In this document: in pieces, positions 38,603 through 48,447 of the stretch
Position numbering within the stretch: the stretch's first letter is position 1
How the letters are laid out: every line of letters starts with the position of its first letter
Assembly: GCA_019634005.1 (NCBI GenBank)
Contig: JAHQWD010000003.1
Location: 176,539-240,538, forward strand
Direction of reading: 5' to 3'
DNA from: Candidatus Kaiserbacteria bacterium
GTDB taxonomy: Bacteria > Patescibacteriota > Minisyncoccia > Phycocordibacterales > UBA918
Length of the DNA: 64,000 bases
Translations under genes and position numbers: made by a program
Notes under the pieces: generated by a model
Told to the model about the DNA's origin: nothing
Databases searched by the model: none
Seen by the model: only the letters and a program-made list of their open reading frames with translations

Positions 38603-40492
38603 ATGTCAAAAATACTTGGAATTGATCTTGGAACTACAAACTCAGCATTTGCTGTGATTGAAGGAGGAGAGCCAACTATCATCGAGAACGCAGAAGGAAA
38701 TCGTACGACTCCATCTGTTGTTGCTATTTCAAAGACGAAAGAGCGTCTCGTTGGACAGATTGCAAAGCGCCAGGCGGTAACAAACCCAGAGAATACCATT
38801 TACGGTATTAAGCGCTTCATGGGACACAACTTTGATGAAGAGGCTGTCCAGAAGGACAAGGAGGTTGTCCCATACGAGATTAAAAAGGGAGAAGATGGAG
38901 GTGTTATCGTACACATGGGAGAGCAGGACTATCGCCCAGAGGAGGTGTCTGCAATGATTCTCTCTAAGATTAAGGCGGATGCTGAGGCAAAGATTGGTGA
39001 GAAGATCACTGAGGCAGTTATCACCGTGCCTGCGTACTTTAATGACGCACAGCGTAAGGCGACACAGGATGCAGGGAAGATTGCAGGACTTGAGGTGAAG
39101 CGAATCATCAACGAGCCTACTGCAGCTGCACTTGCGTACGGATTTAATAAAAAGAAGGATGAGCAGATCGTCGTATTCGACTTCGGAGGAGGAACCTTTG
39201 ACGTCACCGTACTTGAGGTAGGGGATGACGTTATTGAAGTAAAGGCAACTGACGGAGACGCACACATGGGAGGACGCGATATCGACCAGCAGATTGTGCG
39301 CTTCCTCATCGAAGAGTTTAAGAAGTCTGAGGGAATTGATCTTGCACAGGATAAACTTGCGCTTCAGCGTCTTGATGAGGCTGCAGAGAAGGCAAAACTA
39401 GAGCTCTCTTCATCAGGCGAGACAGAGATTAACATCCCATTCATCACTTCAGGAGCAGAAGGGCCAAAGCACATGCTCCTTACCATGACCCGTGCAAAGC
39501 TTGAGGAGCTTGCGCAAGAATATATTGACCGCTCTATCGAGATCACCAAGCGTGCGCTTGAGGCATCTCCATTCTCTAAAGAGGATATTGATGAGATTAT
39601 CCTTGTGGGAGGACAGACACGTATGCCAATGGTGCAGAAAGCGGTACAAGATCTCTTTGGTAAAGAACCAAACCGAACTATTAACCCTGATGAGGTGGTA
39701 GCACTTGGTGCCGCGCTTCAGGCAGGTATCTTCCAAGGAGATGTGCAGGACATTACGCTTGTAGATGTGATTCCACTTTCACTCGGTATTGAGACCATGG
39801 GATCTGTTGCGACCAAACTTATCGAGAAGAACACCCATATCCCAACCAAGAAGGAGCAGGTGTTTTCTACCGCAGCAGATAACCAGACATCGGTAGAGGT
39901 ACATATCGTACAAGGAGAGCGCCCAATGGCGGCAGACAACAAGTCTCTCGGACGGTTCGTACTTGAGGGTATTCCACCAGCACCACGTGGTGTACCGCAA
40001 ATTGAGGTATCACTTGATGTGGACTCTAACGGTATCCTAAACGTAACTGCAAAGGATAAGAGTACTGGGAAGGAGCAGTCTATCCGTATTGAGGCAAACT
40101 CTGGTCTTACCGAAGAAGATATTGAGAAGATGAAGAAGGATGCAGAAGAGCATGCAGGAGAGGATGCGAAGAAGAAGGAGATTATTGAAGTACGCAACCT
40201 TGCAGACCAGATGATCTACACTGCAGAGAAGTCTCTCAAGGACTTTGGAGATAAAGTGGACGCGGCAGTGAAGACTGGTATTGAGGAGAAGGTAACTGCA
40301 CTGAAGGAAGTAAAGGATAAAGAAGACATGGAGGCTATCAAATCTGCAACTGAAGCACTCTCTACAGAGATGCAGAAGATAGGGGAGGCGATGCAGAAAG
40401 AACAGGCTGAGGCACAGCCAGAGGCGCCACAAGAAGATGGTGTGCGGGACGCAGAAGTTGAAGAAGAAAAGAAAGACGAGGATAAAGAGTAG
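38603..40492 (+). CDS. dnaK: Chaperone DnaK
   Basis: [32 protein letters not shown]. Confidence 0.99.
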   Translation: MSKILGIDLGTTNSAFAVIEGGEPTIIENAEGNRTTPSVVAISKTKERLVGQIAKRQAVTNPENTIYGIKRFMGHNFDEEAVQKDKEVVPYEIKKGEDGGVIVHMGEQDYRPEEVSAMILSKIKADAEAKIGEKITEAVITVPAYFNDAQRKATQDAGKIAGLEVKRIINEPTAAALAYGFNKKKDEQIVVFDFGGGTFDVTVLEVGDDVIEVKATDGDAHMGGRDIDQQIVRFLIEEFKKSEGIDLAQDKLALQRLDEAAEKAKLELSSSGETEINIPFITSGAEGPKHMLLTMTRAKLEELAQEYIDRSIEITKRALEASPFSKEDIDEIILVGGQTRMPMVQKAVQDLFGKEPNRTINPDEVVALGAALQAGIFQGDVQDITLVDVIPLSLGIETMGSVATKLIEKNTHIPTKKEQVFSTAADNQTSVEVHIVQGERPMAADNKSLGRFVLEGIPPAPRGVPQIEVSLDVDSNGILNVTAKDKSTGKEQSIRIEANSGLTEEDIEKMKKDAEEHAGEDAKKKEIIEVRNLADQMIYTAEKSLKDFGDKVDAAVKTGIEEKVTALKEVKDKEDMEAIKSATEALSTEMQKIGEAMQKEQAEAQPEAPQEDGVRDAEVEEEKKDEDKE

Positions 40493-40494
40493 TG

Positions 40495-40520
40495 AAAAAG
40501 CCCCGATGTGGGGCTTTTTT
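40495..40520 (+). terminator. Intrinsic terminator after dnaK
   Basis: AAAAAGCCCC-gatgt-GGGGCTTTTTT. Confidence 0.88.
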
Positions 40521-40591
40521 GTATTGGTTGACACAGTATTTTTTTGATGGTAATGTGCTTGAGACAGGGCAAACTGAACGAGGAGGTAAAA

Positions 40592-41083
40592 ATGTTTGAG
40601 CGCTCTAATAAACCTGTTCTTCTGCAACTTCTTGGACTTCAAGTCTTCAATATCCTGCTTTTGACGGGGGTCTATTTCATGTTTGTGGTGCCGACCATTG
40701 ACAGAATCAACGCTGGCAACTGTGAAGTCGACATCCAGAAATCTGCAGTCATCACATCGAAGGTTGAGAAGACCATCTTCCGCGGCTTCAGCATGGAATT
40801 TGCTGACGCAGACAGTGCCAGTGCCGGATGGTCTAGCCGGGTCAAACTTCCGAGCGGGATGAAAACTCTCGAGGGCTATGACTTTAGCGGCGATGTCTCA
40901 ATCGACGTTATCCGCATCTGTGACCATCAAACCGAGATCTGCACCGCGTACGTCAGCGCATATACCGCTGACGGCCGGACGTGGAAGGGAAAACTTCTCG
41001 ACGATGTCTGGTCAATCGAAATGGTTGAAGGAGCCGCCCGGCTGATGGAAGAAGGTCTCCGGGTCGGCCGACACGGTGCCTAG
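40592..41083 (+). CDS. Membrane-anchored hypothetical protein (ORFan) between dnaK and dnaJ
   Basis: TTGACA at 40528, AGGAGG at 40581-40586, N-terminal TM, terminator 41105-41133. Confidence 0.65.
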   Translation: MFERSNKPVLLQLLGLQVFNILLLTGVYFMFVVPTIDRINAGNCEVDIQKSAVITSKVEKTIFRGFSMEFADADSASAGWSSRVKLPSGMKTLEGYDFSGDVSIDVIRICDHQTEICTAYVSAYTADGRTWKGKLLDDVWSIEMVEGAARLMEEGLRVGRHGA

Positions 41084-41174
41084 ACCGCGTAAATCGCCAT
41101 CCACAAGGAGCGCCCCATTGGGACGCTCCTTTCCTTTTGACACCAACAAAATTCCGCTATACAATGCTCGGCAC

Positions 41175-42230
41175 ATGAAAGACTACTACACAATCTTGGA
41201 GGTAGATAAGAAGGCGTCTAAGGACGAAATCAAGAAGGCGTTTCGTAAACTTGCGGCAAAGTACCATCCAGATAAAAAGACAGGGGACGAAGCAAAGTTT
41301 AAGGAGGTTAGTGAGGCGTATGCCGTACTCTCAGATGACAAGAAGCGTGCAGAATATGATGCGTATGGACGTTCATATGCAGGAGGTGGTGCTGGACAGG
41401 GAGGATTTAACTGGGGCGGATTCCAGGGACAAGGAGTAGAGTTTGATATCAATGACATCTTTGGAGATATCTTCGGTGGTGGAGGATTTGGAGGACAACG
41501 TCAGGCACGTGGAAATGATATTTCAATAGATATACAGCTTTCATTTAAGGAAGCAGTATTTGGTGTAAAGCGTTCTGTAACCCTAACCAAAGACAATGTC
41601 TGTGACGAGTGTACTGGATCTGGAGCAAAAGAGGGAACAGAGATGGTTACCTGCGAGACCTGTAACGGAAACGGAAAGATTAGGGAAACGCGGCAATCCA
41701 TCATGGGACCTGTGGCAACTATCCGTACGTGTTCAGAATGTCATGGAAAAGGCAAAGCCCCGAAGGAAAAGTGCTCAAAGTGTGCGGGACGTGGAGTCAT
41801 TCGCGGGGCAGAGCAGATAGATATTGCCATTCCTGCAGGTATCCAGAATGGAGAGATGATTCGTATGACTGGACGAGGGGAGGCACTCCAGGGTGGTACA
41901 CCAGGAGATTTATACATCAAGGTGCATGTAGAACAACATCCATCAATTGTGCGTGAAGGCATGAACCTTATCGCTCCTCTGAATATTAAGCTCACCGATG
42001 CACTCCTTGGCGCAACGTATACGGTAGAGACATTGGACGGTGATGTTTCTATCAAGATCCCTGCAAGTATTAAGCATGGAGAGAAACTACGTATTAAAGG
42101 GAAGGGAGTTCCAGACGAGCGGGGAAGTAACCGAGGAGATTTCTTGGTAAGAATTTCTATCGACATACCGAAAAAGTTATCCAGAGGTGCGAAGAAATTG
42201 GTTGAACAATTACGTGAAGAGGGCATATAA
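41175..42230 (+). CDS. dnaJ: Chaperone DnaJ
   Basis: J domain with HPD, G/F region, four CxxCxGxG repeats; promoter TTGACA(41137)-17-TACAAT(41160). Confidence 0.98.
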   Translation: MKDYYTILEVDKKASKDEIKKAFRKLAAKYHPDKKTGDEAKFKEVSEAYAVLSDDKKRAEYDAYGRSYAGGGAGQGGFNWGGFQGQGVEFDINDIFGDIFGGGGFGGQRQARGNDISIDIQLSFKEAVFGVKRSVTLTKDNVCDECTGSGAKEGTEMVTCETCNGNGKIRETRQSIMGPVATIRTCSECHGKGKAPKEKCSKCAGRGVIRGAEQIDIAIPAGIQNGEMIRMTGRGEALQGGTPGDLYIKVHVEQHPSIVREGMNLIAPLNIKLTDALLGATYTVETLDGDVSIKIPASIKHGEKLRIKGKGVPDERGSNRGDFLVRISIDIPKKLSRGAKKLVEQLREEGI

Positions 42231-42237
42231 TGTCTAA

Positions 42238-42708
42238 ATGGATACCGCAACAATAATTGCAACTGCACAACAGTTGTTGTTCTGGATTGTTATCTTTGGT
42301 GTGTGCTTTGGCTATGGAGTTGTACGAGGCTCTCGTGCGCTCGTAGGGCTCATCATGTCCCTCTATATAGCCTTTCTTGTTTTTACACTCTTTCCATACC
42401 AAAGTTACATAGAAAGCGCACAGTCTGCCATTACACTCTTTGTTGTACTGCTCGTTATCTCTATCTATATACTCGGGAAGGTAATTGAACGTGATGAAGA
42501 TGAGTCTGCGTTTGAAAACTTTGGCAAGAAGGTGATCTTTGGACTCTTAGCCTCTGCACTTATCGTTGCGTATAGTTACCACGTAGTGCCCGTAACCGAG
42601 TTTATTACCCCTGGCTCTTTCATACATACACTCTTTGAACCTGCAGAGAATTTCTTCTGGTGGATGGTAGCGCCGTTGGTGGGATTGGCATTCTTTGGAA
42701 GGGAGTAG
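42238..42708 (+). CDS. Multi-TM membrane protein (CvpA-like)
   Basis: GYGVVRG motif after first TM; 4-5 hydrophobic helices. Confidence 0.6.
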   Translation: MDTATIIATAQQLLFWIVIFGVCFGYGVVRGSRALVGLIMSLYIAFLVFTLFPYQSYIESAQSAITLFVVLLVISIYILGKVIERDEDESAFENFGKKVIFGLLASALIVAYSYHVVPVTEFITPGSFIHTLFEPAENFFWWMVAPLVGLAFFGRE

Positions 42709-42732
42709 AAAGTTTGATACTATTAGACCACT

Positions 42733-43671
42733 ATGAAAAAGAGACTGCTTACGGGACTGCAGCCATCAGGCGCACTTCACCTTGGAAATTATTTTGGCGC
42801 ACTGAAGCCATTTGTTGATATGTATGAGGATTATGAGAGCCATCTTATGGTCGTAGACTATCACTCACTCACTACCGTACGAGATGGAGACCTGCTTCGG
42901 CAAAATATCATCGACATCGTGAAGGACTATCTTGCGGCAGGAGTAGACCCAGAGAAGGTTGTACTCTTCAAGCAGTCTGATGTACCACAACATACAGAAC
43001 TTGCATGGATATTTGAATGTCTTGTCACCGTACCATTCCTCCAACAAGCACACGCGTACAAAGATAAAGTAGCAAAAGGACTTGAAGCAAATGCTGGACT
43101 CTTTAACTACCCGATGCTTATGGCAGCAGATATTCTTCTCTATGATACAGAGATAGTGCCTGTGGGAGAGGATCAAAGACAGCACATAGAGTATGCACGT
43201 GAAGCCACAGGGAAGTTCAATAATGCATTCGGAGAGACATTTGTGCCGCCACAGGAGAAAATCTATGAAGCAGTTGGTGTTGTCCCTGGTGTCGATGGAC
43301 AGAAGATGAGCAAAAGTTATAAAAATACCATTCCACTCTTTGGAAGTGAGGAAGAGATACAGAAGGCAGTGATGAGCATTGTGACAGACTCTTCAGGTGG
43401 ACGTCCAGAGCATGTCTATGCTATTCATAAACTCTTCCGAAGTGAAGAAGAACTTGATCAGCTCTACGCAGAGAAAGAGGGGAAGTACAAAGACCTTAAA
43501 GAAGCCCTCATTGCAGACATCGAAGCTGTTATCGCACCAATGCGAGAGAAGCGCGCATCTATCACAGATGATGATGTGCGTGCTGTACTAGAGACTGGGG
43601 CACAGAAGGCTCGAGAACGTGCAGAAGCAAAGATGGAGGATGTACGGAAAAAGATTGGGGTAAGCCTTTAG
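42733..43671 (+). CDS. trpS: Tryptophan--tRNA ligase
   Basis: TGLQPSGALHLGNY, YPMLMAADIL, VPVGEDQRQH, KMSKS. Confidence 0.97.
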   Translation: MKKRLLTGLQPSGALHLGNYFGALKPFVDMYEDYESHLMVVDYHSLTTVRDGDLLRQNIIDIVKDYLAAGVDPEKVVLFKQSDVPQHTELAWIFECLVTVPFLQQAHAYKDKVAKGLEANAGLFNYPMLMAADILLYDTEIVPVGEDQRQHIEYAREATGKFNNAFGETFVPPQEKIYEAVGVVPGVDGQKMSKSYKNTIPLFGSEEEIQKAVMSIVTDSSGGRPEHVYAIHKLFRSEEELDQLYAEKEGKYKDLKEALIADIEAVIAPMREKRASITDDDVRAVLETGAQKARERAEAKMEDVRKKIGVSL

Positions 43672-43757
43672 ATTTGTGGATATTCTATTTGTATAACTAT
43701 ACTGAGTCAGTATAGTTATTTTTGTTGCGCTCTTTACTGGTCTTTTACATCATTAAT

Positions 43758-44144
43758 ATGAAAAAGGATTTCGATGGCTGGAATCAAGACAAAAAACAAA
43801 TCCAAGAAAGGGAGGATATCCTGTTTTATAAACAAAGAGAAGTGAGATGGTGTCGTCTTGGCGTAAACGTTGGTTTTGAGCAGGATGGAACGGGCACCGC
43901 TTACGCACGCCCAGTTCTCATATTAAAAGGTTTTAGCAAGCATGCTTGTCTGGTTGTTCCTTTGACCACATCAACAAAAGAAAATCCCTACCATGTATCT
44001 GCAGGAAAGATTGAAAGGAAAGAAGCCTTTGCAATAATCTCTCAAATAAAATGTATTGATACAAGAAGACTCGACCAGAGACTTGGGTGGGTAGAGAAAC
44101 CAAATTTTAAGAAAATACAAAAAGCAATTAAAGACATGCTCTAA
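43758..44144 (+). CDS. PemK/MazF-family endoribonuclease toxin with no adjacent protein antitoxin
   Basis: KDFDGWN..EVRWCRLGVNVGFEQDG..RPVLIL..VVPLTT..SQIKCIDTRRL. Confidence 0.85.
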   Translation: MKKDFDGWNQDKKQIQEREDILFYKQREVRWCRLGVNVGFEQDGTGTAYARPVLILKGFSKHACLVVPLTTSTKENPYHVSAGKIERKEAFAIISQIKCIDTRRLDQRLGWVEKPNFKKIQKAIKDML

Positions 44145-44191
44145 TTGCTTTTGTTCTCCCTCAAAGGAGGGCAAGCCCGAAGGCATTTGTA
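44145..44191 (-). ncRNA. Putative small antisense RNA convergent on the pemK 3' end (3' limit unknown)
   Basis: Minus-strand TTGACA(44224-44219)-16-TACTAT(44202-44197); transcript begins with GCC-UUCG-GGC and CCCUC-CUUU-GAGGG hairpins. Confidence 0.55.
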
Positions 44192-44232
44192 CACATATAG
44201 TACCAAGTTGGTTACTGCTGTCAAGAATGTTG

Positions 44233-44261
44233 TTGACCTTCCACCCAATACACGATATTCT
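44233..44261 (+). promoter_or_regulatory. Promoter of T-box/aspS
   Basis: TTGACC-17-TATTCT. Confidence 0.7.
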
Positions 44262-44269
44262 CTACACAC

Positions 44270-44425
44270 AAGCCAATGACGTAGCAGACACTGCCGAGGT
44301 GGGGGAAGAACAGACGCACGTCTTACTAGAACCCTCAAGGAGAATGAAGTAACAAGTAGGGTGGCACCGCGACGTATATCGCCCCTACAAATACACTTTT
44401 CGGAGTGTATTTGTAGGGGCGGTTT
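44270..44425 (+). promoter_or_regulatory. T-box riboswitch leader of aspS
   Basis: T-box AAGTAGGGTGGCACCGCG 44354-44371; antiterminator 3' arm CGCCCCT; 17-bp terminator stem 44380-44396/44405-44421. Confidence 0.88.
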
Positions 44426-44449
44426 GCGTTATTATTTAAACAAAGACAT

Positions 44450-45796
44450 ATGGAACGAACATTAATTGAATCACTTAGGGAACATAAAGGGAGAGAGATA
44501 TCTATCGGCGCAGTCGTGGATGTTATGCGTGACCAAGGGAAGATGGCGTTCTTTGATTTCCGTGACCGTACAGGAAAGGTGCAAGGTGTTGTCTTTGGAA
44601 AGCCAGAGGTGCTCGAGGTTGCAAAAACACTTTCTCCAGAGTCTGTTGTCTCGGTAATGGGAATAGTGAACGAGCGGCCAGAGAAAATGGTAAACGCAGA
44701 TGTACAGAATGGTGATATTGAGATTGAGATCACTGGTATAGAGATCCTTTCAAAGGCAGACACACTTCCATTTGATTCTGACGCTGAATTGAAACTTGAT
44801 ACGCTCTTAGATTACCGTCCACTTACGCTTCGACGAGAACGAGAACGTGCCATCTTTAAAGTACAACACACGATTCTTAAAGCATACCGAGATTTTCTTA
44901 CCTCAGAAGGGTTTACAGAGTTCCAGGCACCGAAATTGGTAGGGGGAGATGCTGAAGGTGGAGCAGAAGTATTCAAGGTGGACTATTTCTATGATAAGGA
45001 TGCATTCCTCGCAACCTCACCACAGCTCTATAAACAAATTATGGTTGGCGTCTTTGAACGTGTTTTTTCTGTCGGTGCGACCTTCCGGGCAGAGAAGAGC
45101 GCGACTACCCGTCATCTCAGTGAAATCTCCATGCTCGACTTAGAGATGGGATTCATTAAAGACCATACGGATGTCATTGGTATGGTGACCAAGCTCATGC
45201 GATATATCAGTGAGACTGTTGCAAAGGAGTGTGCGGAGGAATTGAAAATTGCAGAAGTAGATGCACCACTTGCACCAGAAGAGTTCCCAGTATTTACACT
45301 CCGCGAAGCACAGGAACTTATTAAAAAAGAGACGGGGGAGGATAAAACAAACGAACCAGACCTTGAGCCTGAGGATGAACGTTTCCTCTGCGAGTATGCA
45401 AAAGAGAATCTCAATTCAGACTTTGTCTTTGTGACACACTTCCCAACATCAAAGCGTCCGTTCTATACGCATGTAGACCCTGAGAATCCAGAGTACACCC
45501 GTAGCTTTGACCTCCTCTTCCGTGGACTGGAAATGTGTTCTGGAGGACAGCGTGTCCATGACTACAACACGCTCATAGAGCGTATTAAAGAGAAGGGGCT
45601 CGACCCAGAGAAGTTTGATTTCTATCTCCAAGCATTCAAGTACGGTATTCCACCACATGGAGGAATCGGTATGGGACTTGAACGTCTCACCGCAAAGATG
45701 CTCAATGTTGCAAACGTAAAAGAAGCAACCCTCTTCCCGCGTGATATGCATCGTATCGATACACGGCTCTCAAAAGAGGATGATACAATGGACTAG
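44450..45796 (+). CDS. aspS: Aspartate--tRNA ligase, short archaeal-type, probably non-discriminating
   Basis: OB fold, AEGGAEVF, LATSPQLYKQ, FRAEKS.TTRHL, PPHGGIGMGLERL; 448 aa without GAD insertion. Confidence 0.93.
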   Translation: MERTLIESLREHKGREISIGAVVDVMRDQGKMAFFDFRDRTGKVQGVVFGKPEVLEVAKTLSPESVVSVMGIVNERPEKMVNADVQNGDIEIEITGIEILSKADTLPFDSDAELKLDTLLDYRPLTLRRERERAIFKVQHTILKAYRDFLTSEGFTEFQAPKLVGGDAEGGAEVFKVDYFYDKDAFLATSPQLYKQIMVGVFERVFSVGATFRAEKSATTRHLSEISMLDLEMGFIKDHTDVIGMVTKLMRYISETVAKECAEELKIAEVDAPLAPEEFPVFTLREAQELIKKETGEDKTNEPDLEPEDERFLCEYAKENLNSDFVFVTHFPTSKRPFYTHVDPENPEYTRSFDLLFRGLEMCSGGQRVHDYNTLIERIKEKGLDPEKFDFYLQAFKYGIPPHGGIGMGLERLTAKMLNVANVKEATLFPRDMHRIDTRLSKEDDTMD

Positions 45797-46548
45797 TGAC
45801 TGAGGAGACATTCCAACAAACAATCCCTTCTTTCTCTGTGAAAACAGAGGTTTTTGAGGGTCCACTTGAGCTTCTCATTGAACTTATCGAGAAGCGGAAG
45901 CTTTTGATCAATGACATATCTCTTGCCTCTGTAACTGATGAATACATGGCACAAGTTGCGCTCTTGGAACAGCAGAATATCCAAGAGATCTCCCAATTCA
46001 TTGCACTTGCCTCAACGCTGCTTTTGATTAAGTCTCGGTCACTACTTCCTGTCCTTGAACTAACCAAGGAAGAGGAGGAGAGTATTGATAACCTTGAGGA
46101 GCGTCTGAAGCGATACCAAGTGTATCGAAAAGCAGGTATGGCTGTCGCTGAAGCGTTTGGTCTTAACATCATGCACGAGCGCTCGTATAGTAAAAGTACG
46201 GAACCCCTTTTCATTACAGACTCTTATACAGAAAAAACTTCCCTTGCAGAAGCAATCTGGAGCGTCATTCAGGAACTCCCGAAGAAGGTAGAGCCGCCTA
46301 AGGTACGGGTACGTAAAGTTATCTCGCTTGATGAGATGATGGACAACCTTAAAGAACGTGTAGAGAGACAGATGCGTCTTTCGTTCAAAGAGTTTACCAA
46401 GAGTAATGAGAAGCCCGATGTGATTGTTGGATTTCTTGCCGTATTAGAGATGGTAAAACAAGGAAGTGTGCTGGTAGAGCAAGCAGAAAGATTTAAGGAT
46501 ATTGAGATAAAAGGGGAAAAGAAGAGTGAGGTGCCGAGGTATATATAG
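45796..46548 (+). CDS. scpA: Segregation/condensation protein A (kleisin)
   Basis: FEGPLELLIELI..LLLIKSRSLLP..FLAVLEMVK. Confidence 0.95.
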   Translation: MTEETFQQTIPSFSVKTEVFEGPLELLIELIEKRKLLINDISLASVTDEYMAQVALLEQQNIQEISQFIALASTLLLIKSRSLLPVLELTKEEEESIDNLEERLKRYQVYRKAGMAVAEAFGLNIMHERSYSKSTEPLFITDSYTEKTSLAEAIWSVIQELPKKVEPPKVRVRKVISLDEMMDNLKERVERQMRLSFKEFTKSNEKPDVIVGFLAVLEMVKQGSVLVEQAERFKDIEIKGEKKSEVPRYI

Positions 46549-46588
46549 AAAGGACCGAAGACGCATTTTGCGTCTTCGGTCCTTTTTC
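46548..46588. terminator. Bidirectional terminator
   Basis: AAAGGACCGAAGACGCA/TGCGTCTTCGGTCCTTT perfect long stem. Confidence 0.88.
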
Positions 46589-46773
46589 TAGTCTAGGTCC
46601 TCTCGCTTTAGACCGTAGATAAGAGCCCACCCAACAGAGAAGGTGAGTGCCATTTCCACGGCAAACACAAACCCTTCGTGTGTAACCTCCTGCTGCAACA
46701 GTGCAAGAAGCAACAGAAAGAAGGCTGTCACTCCCATGGCGACAATAATTACCTCTGAAAAGATCTTCATCAT
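46588..46773 (-). CDS. Small two-TM protein (ORFan) between scpA and scpB
   Basis: AAGGAGG RBS; TTGACT-17-TATAAA upstream. Confidence 0.65.
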   Translation of the reverse strand: MMKIFSEVIIVAMGVTAFFLLLLALLQQEVTHEGFVFAVEMALTFSVGWALIYGLKREDLD

Positions 46774-46872
46774 TCTTCCTCCTTTGTATACTTTATACTG
46801 TCAAACATAGATTCAGTCAACTTCTGAAGAAATCCACACAAACCTAGACTAAATGCCTGCTATACTACCCCT

Positions 46873-47439
46873 ATGTCACTCGACGTACAGATTGAAGGGG
46901 TACTTTTCTATAAAGCTGCACCAGTAAAAATAAGTGCTCTTTCACGTATGTTTTCTGTATCCGAAGGAGAGGTGCAGGAAGCCCTTCAGAAGCTCCAAAA
47001 TCGCCTCACAGAAGGCGGAATACGCCTTGTAAGCACAGATACCGAAGTAGAGCTCAGAACTGCAGGAGAGCTCTCTGAGCTCATTGAAAACCTTCGTAAA
47101 GATGAGATGAAGAAGGAGATAGGGAAGGCAGGAGCAGAGACGCTCGCCATCATCCTCTACCGCGGTACTGTGAGTCGTTCAGAGATAGATTCTATCCGTG
47201 GTGTTAACTCCAGCTTTATCTTGCGTAACCTTCTAACGCGTGGTTTAATCCAGAGAGAAGGAAGTGCAGGGAGATCCTATGCATACAGTGTGACACCAGA
47301 CCTTCTTGCACACTTGGGTATCACAAAGCGTGAAGAGCTTCCGCAATTTACCGAGATCATGGATGCGCTTGATACCTTTGAGACACAACAAGAAGAATCT
47401 TCAGAGACACGAAGTCTCTTTAACGCAGAAACATCATGA
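46873..47439 (+). CDS. scpB: Segregation/condensation protein B
   Basis: ETLAIILYRGTVSRSEIDSIRGVNS..LLAHLGI..LP. Confidence 0.95.
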   Translation: MSLDVQIEGVLFYKAAPVKISALSRMFSVSEGEVQEALQKLQNRLTEGGIRLVSTDTEVELRTAGELSELIENLRKDEMKKEIGKAGAETLAIILYRGTVSRSEIDSIRGVNSSFILRNLLTRGLIQREGSAGRSYAYSVTPDLLAHLGITKREELPQFTEIMDALDTFETQQEESSETRSLFNAETS

Positions 47440-48443
47440 GTGACGAACAACTACTCTTACAAGAGCCTATTGAAGAAGCAGAAGCACCACGACATTTTCC
47501 CGTGAGTGAGCAACTTGGTATTCTTGCTGGTATTCTATTCCTTCTTCTTGGAACTCCACAGATTGCAGCATTTGCGAATCTTTTCATAGACGAGGAAGAG
47601 TCGCAAGAGGAAGAGGTCGCAAATGTCGAGCAGTCTGCTGCTGCACTCGCATCTATCTTCGGTGATGTACGCCTCGGGGCACAATCTGCGTTTGTGTGGG
47701 ATGTAAAAGAACAGAAGGCGTTATATATAAAAAATGCGGATGAACGACTGCCGCTCGCATCTATCACGAAACTCATGACCGCATTGGTTGCACACGAAAT
47801 TATGGGTACTGATGCACCCATAACAGTGACACTTGAAGCTATTAGCCAGGAAGGAGATAGTGGTTTTCGTGACGGAGAACAGTTCTCCATGCAAGAGCTT
47901 CTCGATCTAACTTTGGTAACCTCTTCAAACGATGGAGCATACTCTCTCGCTGCTGCAGCAGGAGCGAGTGTGTTTACTGATCAAGACAGCACTGTAGACG
48001 CATTCGTGGACGCGATGAATGTCCGCGCGCGGGAGATTGGATTAACGCGCACGACGTTCAAAAATCCGACAGGGCTTGATCTCTCTGAGACAGAGAGCGG
48101 GTCATACGGCTCTGCACGTGACGTGTCATATCTCATGGAATACCTTGTACAAAACTATCCAGAGATTCTTGAACGTACAACGTTGAGTAACCACACCGTT
48201 GCTGATAGTGAAGGGAACATCTATCAAGCAACAAATACAAACAGTACGACACGTGATATCCCCGGTATGGTGGCTTCGAAGACTGGATACACCACACTTG
48301 CAGGAGGAAACCTCACGATAGCGTACGACGCGGGATTGAATCATCCCATCGTGATCACGGTATTAGGATCAAGTGTCGACGGACGGTTCGAAGACGTCGA
48401 GAAACTTGTAGAAGCAACACAGACCTTACTGAGTAACCAATAG
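47436..48443 (+). CDS. D-alanyl-D-alanine carboxypeptidase (peptidase S11)
   Basis: SITK, SSN and KTG motifs; N-terminal TM. Confidence 0.93.
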   Translation: MSDEQLLLQEPIEEAEAPRHFPVSEQLGILAGILFLLLGTPQIAAFANLFIDEEESQEEEVANVEQSAAALASIFGDVRLGAQSAFVWDVKEQKALYIKNADERLPLASITKLMTALVAHEIMGTDAPITVTLEAISQEGDSGFRDGEQFSMQELLDLTLVTSSNDGAYSLAAAAGASVFTDQDSTVDAFVDAMNVRAREIGLTRTTFKNPTGLDLSETESGSYGSARDVSYLMEYLVQNYPEILERTTLSNHTVADSEGNIYQATNTNSTTRDIPGMVASKTGYTTLAGGNLTIAYDAGLNHPIVITVLGSSVDGRFEDVEKLVEATQTLLSNQ

Positions 48444-48447
48444 CATT

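Noticed and set aside
44141-44338. 65-aa minus-strand ORF as the PemK protein antitoxin
   Set aside because: Overlaps the T-box leader and two promoters, has no RBS and no AbrB/RHH features
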